A stretch of 64,000 bases of DNA from positions 1 to 64,000 of the forward strand of contig ML978143.1 in NCBI GenBank assembly GCA_010015805.1, read 5' to 3'. This stretch comes from Rhizodiscina lignyota. Taxonomy: Eukaryota. Each line of letters begins with the position of its first letter. Position 1 is the stretch's first letter. Both the position numbers and the translations under genes were made by a program. Below the pieces are notes generated by a model, which worked only from the letters and a program-made list of their open reading frames with translations, did no database searches and was not told the origin of the DNA. Positions 1 through 12,662 of this stretch are shown here, piece after piece.

Positions 1-450
1 AAGCAGAGACCCGAGGCTGTTTACGTCAGGATAGCCGGAGACCCAGTACCCGGTTTCCGGGTACTTCTACCTATACTATGGGTACCGTAAGTGCCTGCGA
101 CCGGGCACGTCAGGTACCCGGGCCACAGGTGCCCTGTCACCGGCTGGTTTGGACATGGATTTCCAAGAAAGAAAGAAAGAAGAGGAAAAGATAGAAAAAA
201 ATAGGAAAGGAAACTAAGGACGACTCCCACATGCTGCTTAGTCGGCGTACGCTTGGGGAGGTTCGAGGCTCTGTCCGCATACTCGGATTCAGCGAGATCC
301 AAAAGCCCCCGGAGCCGGTGCCTGATGTAGTGCTGAAACAGGTTATGCACGAGGAGAATAAGATGCTTCGTTGACTGTAGAACTAAGGAGGGCGTGCCTT
401 TCTAATATACAAGTTCCCAGCCTCCTTATTTCAACATAGAAACCCATTCA

Positions 451-1980
451 TCAATTCATCAACCCGTCTACCATTGTTTCATTCGCTGGAGAATCTGTGG
501 ATGAGTTCAGTACGGACGGCCCGGCCCTTCTTACAAGAGCAGTGTGCTCCCCAGACGCAGCAACACTTGGAGCGCCTTGCGCCCGCTGCCCCATTGTGCT
601 CCTTTTCAACGGCAGCTTTCTCTTTACAGCGCGGGGGTTCCCTGCTGTTCTCGGCGAAATCGGCGTGCTCTGAACCGCGGCATCTGCTTCTACGTTGTGC
701 ATCAGTCGTGCGATCGAGGAGGAGTAGCTGCCGAACCATTCACTCCAGCTCTTGCCACCATTCACCCCATCGCGATCGGTACCTGCAGCGTGGGGCCCAC
801 TGTTTACGGCAGAGGAGGCGCGGTTTGCAGCCAGAGTACGTGCAATGTTGCTAGCTGATGCTACTCCGTCTTGTATTGCACGCACATCATTCATGTTGAG
901 ACTGTCAGGGAGACGAATCTTGTAATTTCCGCTCAGAGTGACGGCCCTTTGCGATGGCTCGTCCGAACCGTCGACTGTGGGTACGCCTGTGCGGTGGACG
1001 TCTTCCACATCATTGTCAGAGTCTACGTCGCGTTTCGGTCGGGGTCTCGTTCGCGGCCATGAATTCTGTCGCGTGTCGTGCCTTGGAGAAGGCGTCGCAG
1101 TTGGAGGTTGCGTTGATCTCGTGGGTGCTGCCGCGGGCGTCGGCGAGATAGCTGCTTTAACTCTCAAGGCCGCGAGCTCATTCTGCGCAATGACGAGTTC
1201 TTCTTGTAGCTTGGCCAATTCCTCGTTCGGAGCGCCCGTCGCATCTTGTGAGCTCTTTCTGCCCTTCCCTCGCCGGCGTGGAGACCGCGCAGTGTACGCC
1301 TGCGGACGCTCGTATAACTCTCTCACTTGACTCTCAAGATCTCTGACTCGCGCTTTCAAGGCTTCGATCTCGCCCTGCACTGGTGCGTTTGGCACTTGTG
1401 ACGTGTCTGTTGATGCTGGCTGTGGACCGCTCACGGCGTTTGCAGATCGGTTGCGGTTCAACTTGCGAGGCCTTCTCCGTTGCATAGGCTGCTGCTGCTC
1501 GGGCTCTGCGTCTTTGTGCTTCAGTTGAGACGCCGTTTCTTCATCACGTTGGGGCTGCGTAGGGGTCTCCGCAGGCGCGATGGTATTGATAGCTGGCGTT
1601 GCTGGGCTCTCTTCTCCAATTGCCACGCCCCCATTAGACTCTGCACGGATTTCTAGCAACACTGCTGGCTCCCGATTCAACTTGCGTGGACGTCTCCGAA
1701 GTGGCGTCTGTTCGCCTGCAGGATTGTCCAGAGCGTGCGGTTCTGCTTCCGCTGTTGTTTCCCGTTCACTTTTGTCCTCCTTCGGTGTGCGCTGAGTGTC
1801 GACTTCGAGTTTTCGAGGGCGCTTACGAGTCGAGGTCGGAGAATAAGGGGGTTGTAGTTCATCCGAGAGGGGTTGAGATGCTTCTACAGGATGAGGAGAC
1901 TTCAGCATTTGGTCAAGGGATGCAATTGCGGGCGTGAGTCGCGATGGGGAATGTGGGCGAGATGTGGGCGGAGATTGCAT
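451..1980 (-). CDS. Hypothetical low-complexity/coiled-coil protein with repeated RRRPRKL basic motifs
   Basis: Long uninterrupted ORF with first ATG at 1980 (MQSPPTS). It has three RRPRKL motifs and coiled-coil segments (EIEALKARVRDLESQVRELY; EELAKLQEELVIAQNELAAL). No family recognised. Confidence 0.7.
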   Translation of the reverse strand: MQSPPTSRPHSPSRLTPAIASLDQMLKSPHPVEASQPLSDELQPPYSPTSTRKRPRKLEVDTQRTPKEDKSERETTAEAEPHALDNPAGEQTPLRRRPRKLNREPAVLLEIRAESNGGVAIGEESPATPAINTIAPAETPTQPQRDEETASQLKHKDAEPEQQQPMQRRRPRKLNRNRSANAVSGPQPASTDTSQVPNAPVQGEIEALKARVRDLESQVRELYERPQAYTARSPRRRGKGRKSSQDATGAPNEELAKLQEELVIAQNELAALRVKAAISPTPAAAPTRSTQPPTATPSPRHDTRQNSWPRTRPRPKRDVDSDNDVEDVHRTGVPTVDGSDEPSQRAVTLSGNYKIRLPDSLNMNDVRAIQDGVASASNIARTLAANRASSAVNSGPHAAGTDRDGVNGGKSWSEWFGSYSSSIARLMHNVEADAAVQSTPISPRTAGNPRAVKRKLPLKRSTMGQRAQGAPSVAASGEHTALVRRAGPSVLNSSTDSPANETMVDGLMN

Positions 1981-2620
1981 TCTGTGGGAGCGCTGGATCG
2001 GTTGACGAAGAGTTGGAAATGACGGCAGTGCTGCGTTGGAGCAGAGCAAGCCTTAAGAGTGCAGTCTCCTCAACTCTAGACGTGCCCAGGCCAATAACCC
2101 CTGACGAGCATTCAAGCATGGCGACGTCATGCTCCGCTCCGCCGCTCATTGCCTGTTTGAGCATGCCACCTCTCGTACCATCGTATTGCGTTACTCTGCA
2201 TCTTTTGACACGCAGAAGCTCACCAGCACTACTGAGCCCAGCGCACTCGGCAACATCCAACTGCTTTCACCTTTCTCAATTATGGGTGCCAGATCATTCT
2301 TCGTGCATATGGCTTCCACTGAACATTCATTTCTGCCTCAGCCGTTGGAGTCATTGACAGAATGCTGGGCAGACACGAAATTTGACACATTGTAAGTGAG
2401 CCCGCCAAATCGGCGACGAATGATTCACATGGTGTTGGGAAATGGTCATGTCGGATGTGAATTTCAATTTGGGTATCTTATCGGTATCGTACACTCCATC
2501 ATCGTCATCGTGATCATGCTAAAGTACAGGAGGAGACGCCTAGAAAGTAGGTAGAAGAGTTCATCGGACGACCTTCGATCGCCTTTGCTCATTGGCTGTT
2601 CCCAATGCGAGCGACGCAAA

Positions 2621-2998
2621 TCAATAGCGATGGCTGCCTCGACCATCCGTACCATGCATGCGTCTTGTTCCCGCAGCCTTCAGGCCAGGCCTCCTCGTCA
2701 AGCTTCCTCTCAGCTTCATCATCGCACCAGAAACCTTGTCACCAGTGCTCACGCGACGCTGGTGGTGTCGGGTCGCTCCGCCTCGCTGAGTGTGGACTTG
2801 CTCTGTAGTCGTCGTGGTAGTAGTTGTAGTAGTGGTCGGGGTGTGACGAGTCTTACGGGTCGTGCGAGGTCCCGAATTGTGCGTGCGCGCGGTGCCATGA
2901 CGGGCACGGAGGCGTTGCATGAGTGACGGACGAGTAGTGGTACCGCGAGTGGGTGTTGTGCGAGTTGTGCGAGCAGCTCTATGACGACCGAGAGGCAT
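2621..2998 (-). CDS. Small basic Arg/Thr-rich fungal hypothetical protein (125 aa)
   Basis: ATG at 2998 (MPLGRHRAARTT). The C-terminus DKVSGAMMKLRGSLTRRPGLKAAGTRRMHGTDGRG resembles a recurrent fungal hypothetical family. Contains a poly-Thr tract. Confidence 0.65.
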   Translation of the reverse strand: MPLGRHRAARTTRTTPTRGTTTRPSLMQRLRARHGTARTHNSGPRTTRKTRHTPTTTTTTTTTTTEQVHTQRGGATRHHQRRVSTGDKVSGAMMKLRGSLTRRPGLKAAGTRRMHGTDGRGSHRY

Positions 2999-4639
2999 TC
3001 TTGACAGCCTGGGAGTGCTTGAGATCTGAGAGGGTAGAGTTGATGTTGTTGAGATGTTCAGGTGTAATCGCAGGACTTTAGTTGAAGCTCTGTTCGCTGG
3101 GTCGAATAACAAGAACAGCAAAAGGGGCACGCTTGAGAAGCCTTTATGTACACACGCCGCCAGGAGATGAGCTGGTTGGAAAACAGGTTGTCTGGCGAAT
3201 GGCGTCACCGAATCGGCGTCGTTCTGATCGTGTGCTTCTTGCCCAGCCCACCTCACTTCCAATTCAGGCCAATTCAGGGTGTGCGCTTCCGTTCCTGGCA
3301 GACCGACTTCCCAACTGCGTCATCGCCAAGGTGCTGTCCTGACTCGTGCGCGCTCATCTGTGGCTGTCGCTGTGGCTGAGGCCGATCTCTACCGACACCG
3401 ACCTCCACATTTCCCTGATTCCCACCGTCTTCCAACGTCATCGAGTCGCACCCCAGACCCATTCCCCAGACACGAGATCGCGATATCGCAGCTGCATGTC
3501 CCACAGCCTACAGAGCCGCCAGGCCTGCCTTGGAACTGCTAACTTCGTTGTCGCGGAAATGAGGCGCCACTGCAGCATACACGCACAAGAAACTACGTAG
3601 TCCATTTGCGCTCTCTGCCAGTCTCTACAGGCCCTGACGCGTGATGGATACGAATCGCAATTAGCAACCAACTATCTCTCGCGCTTCTTGCCCTTACAGC
3701 TGCTCAAGCCAGCGCTGCTCGCCTCCAGTACCTCTCTACATAGCGAACGCGATTGACCGGCGCTTCGGTGCGACGGGGCTGCATGCACTAAGTGTCCGTC
3801 TTGGCGGGGTCCGGTCGAATTTGCATGCTCATGTCCGCAAGATGACCGCTACGATGTGGGAGATGCTGCTGTAAAGGCAAGAGAGAAGACTGCGGCACAA
3901 GGTGCGCGACAACTGTGTACGCGGCTGTTAGTAGGGGCTGGGCTTGGACAATACTTCTGCTCGGATTGCGTAGGGTATTTGGTACGTTAAGCAACGAGCA
4001 TCAATTCCTCATTCCCCAGTCGGCCAAGTTGCACGTTTGTACTGCTGTTGCAAGCAAGCATCATATGATGCAGACGCTAAGAAGTGGAATACATGCATGT
4101 GAGGCATAGACGTGTAATGGGAAGGCAGGACGTGAGATGTGGATCGGTTTAACTCATCTCCGCCGCCCTGTGGCGCCGAACCTTCATCGACTGCGAGTCC
4201 GGGAACCTTCTCTATACTGATAATCTAGTTCATTTGACATCACTGCTCTCACAGCCCCCTTTTCTAATCGCTGTTTAGCTTGGCACACTTTCTGCAAGAC
4301 AGCATTCGCCGAAATAGATGTATTCCTTCGACGTATCCTACCCGATACGATCTTCCGAAGAGCCTCAAAGTGCGAACCCTTTCCTTATGGGGGGAAACAG
4401 CGACAGATGCACGACCGCCAGCAACAGCGCCGCGATACTGCGAGCTGCCCGAGCAATTTCCAAGCATACCATACCGTAAGTCGGCGAGCTGAAATGCTCC
4501 GGATGCATCATTCAAGAGCGTCGGATACGAGCTTCGACGTCATTGTCGCACTTCATTTTGGTTGAGAAGCAGGTGGACGTACTTTTGAGTAATGATACGA
4601 AATGGCTATAAAGCTGGCCTATTGCTGTTGTGTTGTCCT

Positions 4640-5368
4640 TAGATTCATTCATTATCACAAGCCTTCCCTCAAGCTCTTCCACAACCTCCTCGAGCAAGCA
4701 GACAAAAAGCCTATTCCAGCGCCGGGCTGTGTGACGAGTCACACGTGCCAGCCCGACGTTACCGGCGACGACATTCGCACAAACACCCTCGACGATAACC
4801 AATATACATACCTTTGGCCTACCTTTGCACAGGCTATCCATGACGCGCTGAATGGAAAGGCGACCACATTTTCGACGCCTATCGTGAACCAAGCATATGG
4901 TGGCCCCGGGCAAATGGATTTTGCCGACGCCGCCATCAGTTGCCAACACTGGATCACAAATGAGACATGGACCCAATACCAAGACCGCCGCCAACTCACC
5001 CGCGCAGTCAATCTAGACAGATAGGGCCTCGGCGTGGAAGGTGGAACATGCACGGGAGATTTACTCTACGCTGTCCAAAATTGCCGACTCGGGTGCGGAA
5101 TCCCCCAGCTCCGCTAAGCGCGGTCAATCCGTCGGCGAGGATTCTACTTGTGAATGCGCAATGGGACCCCGCTACCGGCTATGATACTGCCGTCGAACTG
5201 ACCCGCAAAATCGAAGGAAGTGTCTTGCTGACCAGGAATGGCGAGGACCACGGCTCATTAAGTGTAACTAACCCTGAAACAACGAAGGCTATATTTGATT
5301 ACATCATCGACTTGAAGTTGCCAAAGCCAAACACCGTCCTGGGCAAGCCAAACGATCCGTTCCGTTAG
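4640..5368 (+). pseudogene. Truncated alpha/beta-hydrolase (TAP-like peptidase, Abhydrolase_4 C-terminal part)
   Basis: Two frames give WPTFAQAIHDALNG...AAISC and ILLVNAQWDPAT...VLLTRNGEDHGS (catalytic Asp and His region). There is a TAG at 5022-5024 plus a frameshift near 5050, and no upstream GxSYG nucleophile motif was found. Confidence 0.65.
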
Positions 5369-5581
5369 ACTAATCTCGTGTCGGAAGAGCTAGGCGACGG
5401 AGACCAGACCTAGCTCTCTACGGGGTGGATTCAGGTGGCGTGAGAGCGGTGGTGGACACGTAGAGTAGCCGAACTCTTTGCTTACACATTAGACCTTAAT
5501 TGTTAATCTTATTCAACACTATATCCTTTCGCTTTGTTCCCTCCAGTCATTTCTAGTCATTTCTAACGGTCTGGTGTGAGA

Positions 5582-8500
5582 TCATGCATAAGCTAATCGT
5601 GACTTAGTCCATGCTGGCCGCAGATAGCTCGAGTCGAAGGTCACATCCAGACTTGATTCTGCAACATACTCAACTTTCAGATCCACGCCCACTTGTGCGC
5701 CCTCTTCGCTCTGCGCCCACACCGCCAGTCCGATGGTATTGTCGCCATTGTAATCCAGCACGCCCGCCGGAACTGGGAACTCGATCTGGTGCCCCATCCA
5801 TGGATTGAATCTGCCATATTGGTAGCCATTCACGAAGAGCAGGCTGCGGAGTTTGAGCGAGCCAGGGCTACTGACGATAATGGCGAGCGACACGTCAACT
5901 CCTGCAGGAATATGAAGAGGCATAGTCGTCCGATAGAAGCGAATTCCTGCGGAAGACAGGCCGTTCGAGGCTGGAGAGCCAGAGGCCCAGCTGGAGTCGT
6001 CGAATCCGGGGAGATGCCATCCGAGCCTTTCTGCGACAAGTCCGCCTTCATTCAGAGCACCACGCATGGGATCAAGAACGTGCTCATCGCCTCCAGCAGT
6101 GCCAGCTACTTTCCATTTAGTGAAGGTTGCATTGCCGCTGTCTTCGATGAGGGTAGCATTCAGTATACCGCGCGGATTCAGTGCTCCAGATGTCTCATCG
6201 TGTCCGCTGTTGTCTTGTACTATCAGGAGCACATTCTCCGCACCAGTACCACTAAGCGTTGCGTTCGCAAAGGATAGCGTTAAGTTCCCCTGTTCAGAAA
6301 ATTGTGTGGAGTTTCCTAGCCAAGAGCCGATGAATTGTCCATTTAGCCATGCGCTCCAACCAAAAGCTGTTCCGCCTTGCACGCTCAGAAAGACTCCCGT
6401 CGGGCGTCCAACGAAATAACCTCGCCACAGTCCAATGCCGTTATGGAATCCATACTCGTCAAAGTAGAGCACTGGCAGTGTCTCTGGCTTTTGCGGTATA
6501 TCCGTCGAAATGTGATCGGCATCCTTCCAAGCCGCTCCTGAGTCGTCATATGATGTTAGGCGTTCCGGCAAGCTGTCATGCACCTTCCATGCGCCGAGCC
6601 GCGGAGGAGAAAAGCGATTTGGTCCTGGACCACTGAGACTTCCCCTGAGGCTACCATATGATGTCTTCTCTGTTTTGATCGCTCTACCGTTCCACGACAC
6701 GTCGCGAACTTCCGCACTCGCGAACACTTCGATTTCAGTGGAGTTGATTATGTCGCCAGTTAACTCCAACCATGAACCTTCCGCGCTCGTAGCGGCAGTT
6801 CGAACAAGATATGGGCCCTGTACGAGGACTGCGTTCGAACTGTCAGCACGTGCTATGATGCTCTCTTAGTCCACTACTTACCGTAATCACTAGCTGGTGC
6901 AAGCGGATCTGTACTAATAGAAGGCGCGAAGAAGGGGTACGCAGAAGATCGATCCAGGATGACAACTCTAACCGAGTCTGCCGATATAACAGACATTCCT
7001 TCTTGGTTTTCAAATGTCACCAGAAGCCCGGTGCTCTCCGCTGCCACATTAATCGTCGAAGCTTTCTGGCACTTGGAGACCATTCCTCTTCTCGCATGCT
7101 TGATGAAAAACTCACCAGATTCGCCATCAGGAACCCAAAGAACAAGTGTAGTCTGCTCTTTGAATATCGCATACGTTAAGACTTCTGCGGTCGAGTATGT
7201 TAGAACATGGGATCCGAAGCGGAAATCTGTCACAATAATCTTTGACTGGTGCCCATTCAAAGCCAGGGATCCCAACCTCCGAGGGATGCTAAAATTCCCC
7301 AGCGAAGTGTTGACACTAAGCTTGAACGCCTCAGCCGTTGCTAGAGAGGAGTTTGTGTGCCGAACAACGTAGAATCCAGCATTCGTCGTGGGGTTCCTCA
7401 GCTCCGTCGTCGTAACTCTGGGATTATTCGTGTACATAGTACCATTCCCAGCCCTATTGGTCATTGTGAGATCCTCCGCGACGCGCGTGAAGAGCGCAAG
7501 GTTCTTAGTCTCGTAGTATTTGGAGCCGATAGTTCTGTTCTCGGAGATCGGAGCAGAATAGTCGTAGGACGTTGCCGTCACTGGAGCAGCAATCCAACCC
7601 CAGTTCGTACCTCCGTAAAACATGTACAGACTCATCGCTGTGACTCTCTCGGCGATGTTGTTGCGGTAGAACAGATTCGCAAAGTCCTCGTTTGAATTGT
7701 TAAGACAGCCACCTTGAGGTCCGCCCCATGGATTGTACGAGCCGCCTTGGAATTCTGGCATGAATTCAGGCTGAGTCGGAGCAACACTCTGGAAATGGTC
7801 GTAGTATTGCACAACCTGGTAGGGGACGTATTGACCATTGGTGCCAGTGCATTCAGCTAGATTGCAGCTCCAGCAAGACGGGTAGTTATCAACCCCGTAC
7901 ATATCAACATTGCCTCCAGCATTGGAGAAGTCCTTAGACCACGACTTGGTGTTCAAGTTAGGGTTGTTTGCGTACAGCGGAATATCAATGCCGTTTGCAC
8001 GAGCGTTCTTTTCAAGAAGCTCAACGTACGCCACTGCTGTTTCGTTGGGAGTCTTGGTCGTTATGTTGGCCCATTGCTCGCCGTACTCATTTTCAATCTG
8101 GAATGCAAGGCCATTTCCGCCTCTCGTGATCTGATATGGCTCCGTTAATTGTGTGAACTTAGTTTGATACGGCTCCCATGCAGCAGTATATCTCGAATCG
8201 TTGTTGCGGAGTGAACCGTACTTGCCGTTGGTGATCCAAAGTGGAAAGCCACCTGCGTTCGCCTCGGCGTTGATGTATGGACCTGGTCTGATAAAGACGT
8301 ACAACCCGATCTTGTGCGCGAGTTCGTAGAGACGAGTGAAGTTATGTGCGCCGTTTGTAAAGTCGAGGGAGTGCGGAGTTGGTGCGTGCCAGCCCCAATG
8401 CGCATAGAAAGTGAAGGCGTTCAGACCAGCCGCTTTCATCTTCTGGAGGATGTCTTCCCATAACTCGGGCACGGGCAAGCGCCAATAGTGCATCTCCCCA

Positions 8501-8691
8501 GCGAACATGAATGCTCTCTTCCCCCTGATTTTGAAGCTGTAGTGGTCCCATTGGACAACTTTATTCAGGCCATCATCGTGCAGTGGCCACTGTGATGGAG
8601 CTGCCTCAGCTGCTACATTAACCGGCAAGCAAAGCAGAAAGAGCAGAGAGGGCAGAAGAAAGCGACGGATCAATCCAATGCGGCCAGACAT
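5582..8691 (-). CDS. Secreted GH35 beta-galactosidase (LacA/LacB-like), 2 exons
   Basis: Signal peptide, then [26 protein letters not shown] (acid/base), PEFQGG (nucleophile), [15 protein letters not shown] and C-terminal jelly-roll domains. Intron ~6829-6881 (GTAAGT...GCTGAC...AG). Confidence 0.95.
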
Positions 8692-9214
8692 CTTTTCGCG
8701 AAGCTTTCTGACTTCCAAACCCGAAGCGAGAGGGCGCCATTTTGAGATTGCCTGCAGTTGAACTTTTCAATTGCAATCCCCGCATTTTGACGTATTGACA
8801 TGCCAGGTACGGCTCGTGAACAGTCAGGCCTCGAAAAATTGGCGCCGCTTAATAGGTGGAGAAAAGAAGTGTGCCAAATTAATTCCCTGTGGGGATCATC
8901 AACACGAGCGCAGATCACGAGCGCCGGTGCGAGTTCCAATTGCTCTAGCGACTTCGGGAGAATATTTAGCGAATTACCCTGGAGTGCAAGGACGGCTCAT
9001 CCTAAAAGGTGTCATTTGCCGCCAATTGTTTGTAAGCATCAGATCCTTGATCTCGGCATGATACTCTTTCAGGCGCAACGTAATTGCATTCATCCGCGAT
9101 CTCCACACGTTCGGTGCGGATGACTCTGGATGGGACGCTGAAGGCGCTTGTGCGAGGAAAAAGGACGAAAATATTTAGTGTTGACATTACGGTTTCCTGT
9201 TTGTACCCTCTTCT

Positions 9215-10303
9215 TCACTCTGTGGGCTTCTCGTCAACTAAGCAATATCTGTACCTCGCCGAACCATGCGCCAAATCCTTTAGAGCCTCATTTGCATCCC
9301 TCATCGAGTGCTTCTCGACCCATGGCCTTATGTTGTGTTCGGCCATAAGCTCCAATGTCTCCCGAATTTCTTCTGGCGCCCCAATTGCAGACCCAACAAT
9401 CTTATTCCGCTTCCGCATAAGGAGAAACGGTGGGAATCCAGGTAGTGGTTCAACAGATGCTCCCAGCTGAACTATGGTACCCTCGAATGCAAGCAAGCTC
9501 AGGTATCCTGCAAGCGGCATCCCCGGAGACGCTACGGTAGAGATGATCAAGTCGAGACGGTCAGCGAGACGCCCAGCAGGAGTATGCCAAGCTTTCTCTT
9601 CACTCGTGGCGAGAAAGTCGTCCGCACCGAGTTGCGTCGCATCATCTTTCTTAGAGCTTGAGCGGGAGATGACAACCACATGTGCGGCGCCCATGGCTTT
9701 TGCAAAGAGCACAGCAAAGTGCCCCAGACCACCAAGTCCCACCACACCGACCTTCTTCCCCGCCACGCTCTCATGCTTCAAGGCGCTATACACCGTGACG
9801 CCGGCGCACAGAGCAGGTGCAGCATGATGTGAGTTCAACTTGTCCGGAATTTCGAAAACAAAGTGACCGGGTGTGCGATTGTACTTTGCATATCCACCGT
9901 AGCTTCTGCTACCGTCTGGAAGCCGGCCTCCGAAAGTCCCAACGTGCTCCGGCCGTGGGCAATAGTTCTCTACGCCGTCGGCGCACGCGAAGCAATCCGG
10001 CTCGAGGCATGCGCTAGCCTGCGGTCCCACGCCGACACGGTCACCTTCTTTGATGTGCTTGATATTCTGTCCAACCCGGATGGCTTTACCAACGATCTCA
10101 TGTCCGACCACGCACGGATATGGATCGGGAGCCCAAGGGGTGCGGAGGAAGATCAGATCAGAGGCACACATACCGCAATGAGTGATACGAATGTCGACGT
10201 CGTCTTCGGTCCAGGGTTTTGGTTGGTATTCCTGCCATTGCATGTTGCCACTGGCAGCATTGCTATCGAGGCCGCACCAGCCTTCAAACTTGTAGTCGGA
10301 CAT
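9215..10303 (-). CDS. NADP-dependent Zn alcohol dehydrogenase (CAD/ADH6-like)
   Basis: CGMCASD, GHEIVG, structural-Zn Cys cluster, ALCAGVTVY, GLGGLG and terminal RYRY. Intronless, 362 aa. Confidence 0.93.
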   Translation of the reverse strand: MSDYKFEGWCGLDSNAASGNMQWQEYQPKPWTEDDVDIRITHCGMCASDLIFLRTPWAPDPYPCVVGHEIVGKAIRVGQNIKHIKEGDRVGVGPQASACLEPDCFACADGVENYCPRPEHVGTFGGRLPDGSRSYGGYAKYNRTPGHFVFEIPDKLNSHHAAPALCAGVTVYSALKHESVAGKKVGVVGLGGLGHFAVLFAKAMGAAHVVVISRSSSKKDDATQLGADDFLATSEEKAWHTPAGRLADRLDLIISTVASPGMPLAGYLSLLAFEGTIVQLGASVEPLPGFPPFLLMRKRNKIVGSAIGAPEEIRETLELMAEHNIRPWVEKHSMRDANEALKDLAHGSARYRYCLVDEKPTE

Positions 10304-11061
10304 TTTCCAGAGTCACAACCGAGTGGCTGATATAAAGTGAGATGAAATGAATGTAATTGAGGGTTACAGCCACAAGGGAAAGGGAGGATTGATAAACCAC
10401 TCCATACACTTGCCTCTCGAGTGTTGAGCCCAATGAAATTGAACACCTTTATTAGCCCGCTGGGCTTTCGCTTGACGGACCGCTTGGATGTCCGAAGTCC
10501 GAGCCGGCGTATTGTAGGCATTACTTTACCTGTTCATGATGCAGAGTATCCTTGAGATCGGATGATTCTAGGTGGTGATTGATAGCGGCGTCCGTGAAAT
10601 AGAGCCCCTCAATTGTTTCCTGGACGCCAACTCGATCTACACGAATCGGCTCGGGCTCCTGCTCAGTTTATTGGATAGCACGTTAGCCAGTTGACAGGGA
10701 ATCAAGCACCCTTATACGATGTTATGGGATCGATGATTTACTATGATGAAAGTAGCCAAGCGGAATGATGATCAAAGGGCGGATAGTGAAGTGGAGCGGC
10801 CACGGCGGGACTTTTACGTCTAACGTCCGGAGCATCCCTGGTCGTGCAGTCTCCTGCTATGAGCTAGGCTGCATCGAGAATGATATTGCAATGCATCCAC
10901 AAGCTCGATATAGAGGCTACGGTGCGAACTAAGACGAATTGTTCAATTCGCAGAGTAGCGAAATCTGCACGTCTGGGAGCACAAGTCGAATGGGTATCCA
11001 ATAAGCATTAGAAAAGTGGGACTCTGTGAATGCTCCCGCCGGTCAAGATATCACGCGAGAA

Positions 11062-12004
11062 TCAAGCGCTCTCTAGCACTCTCTTCGCGCCATCCACGAT
11101 CCTCTTCACCTCCTCATTTCCTTTCCTCACCACCTCCTCCATCTGCTTATGCGCCTTCTGCAAATCGTCCGGTCTGGCCCTCTTCTCCAACTCCATGCTC
11201 CGCATCTTCTTATGCTGGGTCTGTCGCGCAGCTCTGATAGCCGCCGTCGCTTCCTCTGAGAACTTTCTGGCGTCTTCAATGGCAGCTCGCCGCGACTCTC
11301 CAGTAGGTGGCGGTATTTGTATTGTCAATGTTGTAGGGGCATCTGGCGAGGGCCCTTGCGGGTTTAGAGAATGCGCCGAAGCGAGGATTGCACTGGAAAC
11401 GGGTCGGACATGCTGTCAACCGGTCAGTCGGTGGTCGAATCTTCGGAGCGATCGTGGCCGCCCACGTACATCTTCCTCTCCCACAATGACACTGATGGTT
11501 CTCCCTCGCGTAACAACTTGTGCCAAGTCACGTAGCTTCGCATTCGCGCCGCCCTTATCCAATTGTACTTTGAGCGATTCAAGAATGCTTGGATTGAAAC
11601 GTCCGCCAGCTCGCAGCTCAGACAATTTGTGGGTGAGTCGCTCAATCGCTTTAAGGATGTTCGACTCGAGGACGGAGAAGTCGTAGATCTCATCTGTCGC
11701 AGTGTTCGGAGCCACGGCTGGTCCTGGAGGAGATGAGTCGGACTTTGCGGTGTCGCGTGCCTTCTTGCCCGCCTTCTTCAGGAGAAATGCTGAGCTTGCA
11801 AAATGCCTCGTCACTGGCTCTGGCGCTTTATGTAGCGTTGGAGTAAAACATGCGGAACGGTGTTGTGCACTTGCAGCTTCATGTCAGGGCCATTGTGACG
11901 TATCATGAGGGTGGAGAGTACCATATTCTGCAGACGGTAGATGATCTTGTGAGGTGTCGAGGCGCAAGGAGAGGAAAGCCTCGGGACGCAACTGGTCGGG
12001 ACAT
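11062..12004 (-). CDS. RRF1: Mitochondrial ribosome recycling factor, 3 exons
   Basis: Arg-rich presequence MSRPVASRGFPLLAPRHLTRS, then LRAGGRFNP..LESLKV..LRDLAQV and IPPPTGESRR...IRAAR. Introns ~11871-11921 and ~11410-11468. Confidence 0.85.
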
Positions 12005-12662
12005 GGTCTAAGAGAGCGACGAGATTTAGAGGTGAGCGGTAGATGACTGAATGCGCACCGGCTCTCTCGTTCGTCCTCCTAGGGGCACGGAGGAGAAGAG
12101 CATAGTCTGCATCGTCGAACACCGTACTCGGTAGAATCCTTAGAAGTGGATATAAAATTCGCCGAAATTAAGCCGTCAGGCCTCGTCAAGAGATTACTGC
12201 GGCCGTCAGGCTGTAGTAATTGATACTCCGGCACCGATCTTCCGGGGCCATGAACTGCCGACTGCATCAAGGTACTCCAAATCCTCGAAGGAGTTGCTAC
12301 AATTCCTAGAAATTCAGCCATACACCATCTCTGTGCGAACAATGAACCTTCTTCAACTGGCCGAGTTGCGAGCCAATGAAAATGGCGATTTATGTGGTTG
12401 CGGAGGTGGCTGAGCGCTGCCATTACGTTCAACTCATTACGCATATTGTACTCGGAAACTCACAAAGAAACGACAAGACCACACGGCCGTAACAATCCTT
12501 GTTGTATACGCCGCAAGGCAGACTTGTCCGTCTCTCTTCACTTCAAGAGCTGGGAGTCATGACTAAGTACGATCTTGGCTCATTGGCGGACTACTTGGCT
12601 CTGGAATATTTCAATTCGACCTTGGCCCAAAAGGCTCTCCTTGCTCTGAGATAATTCACAAG

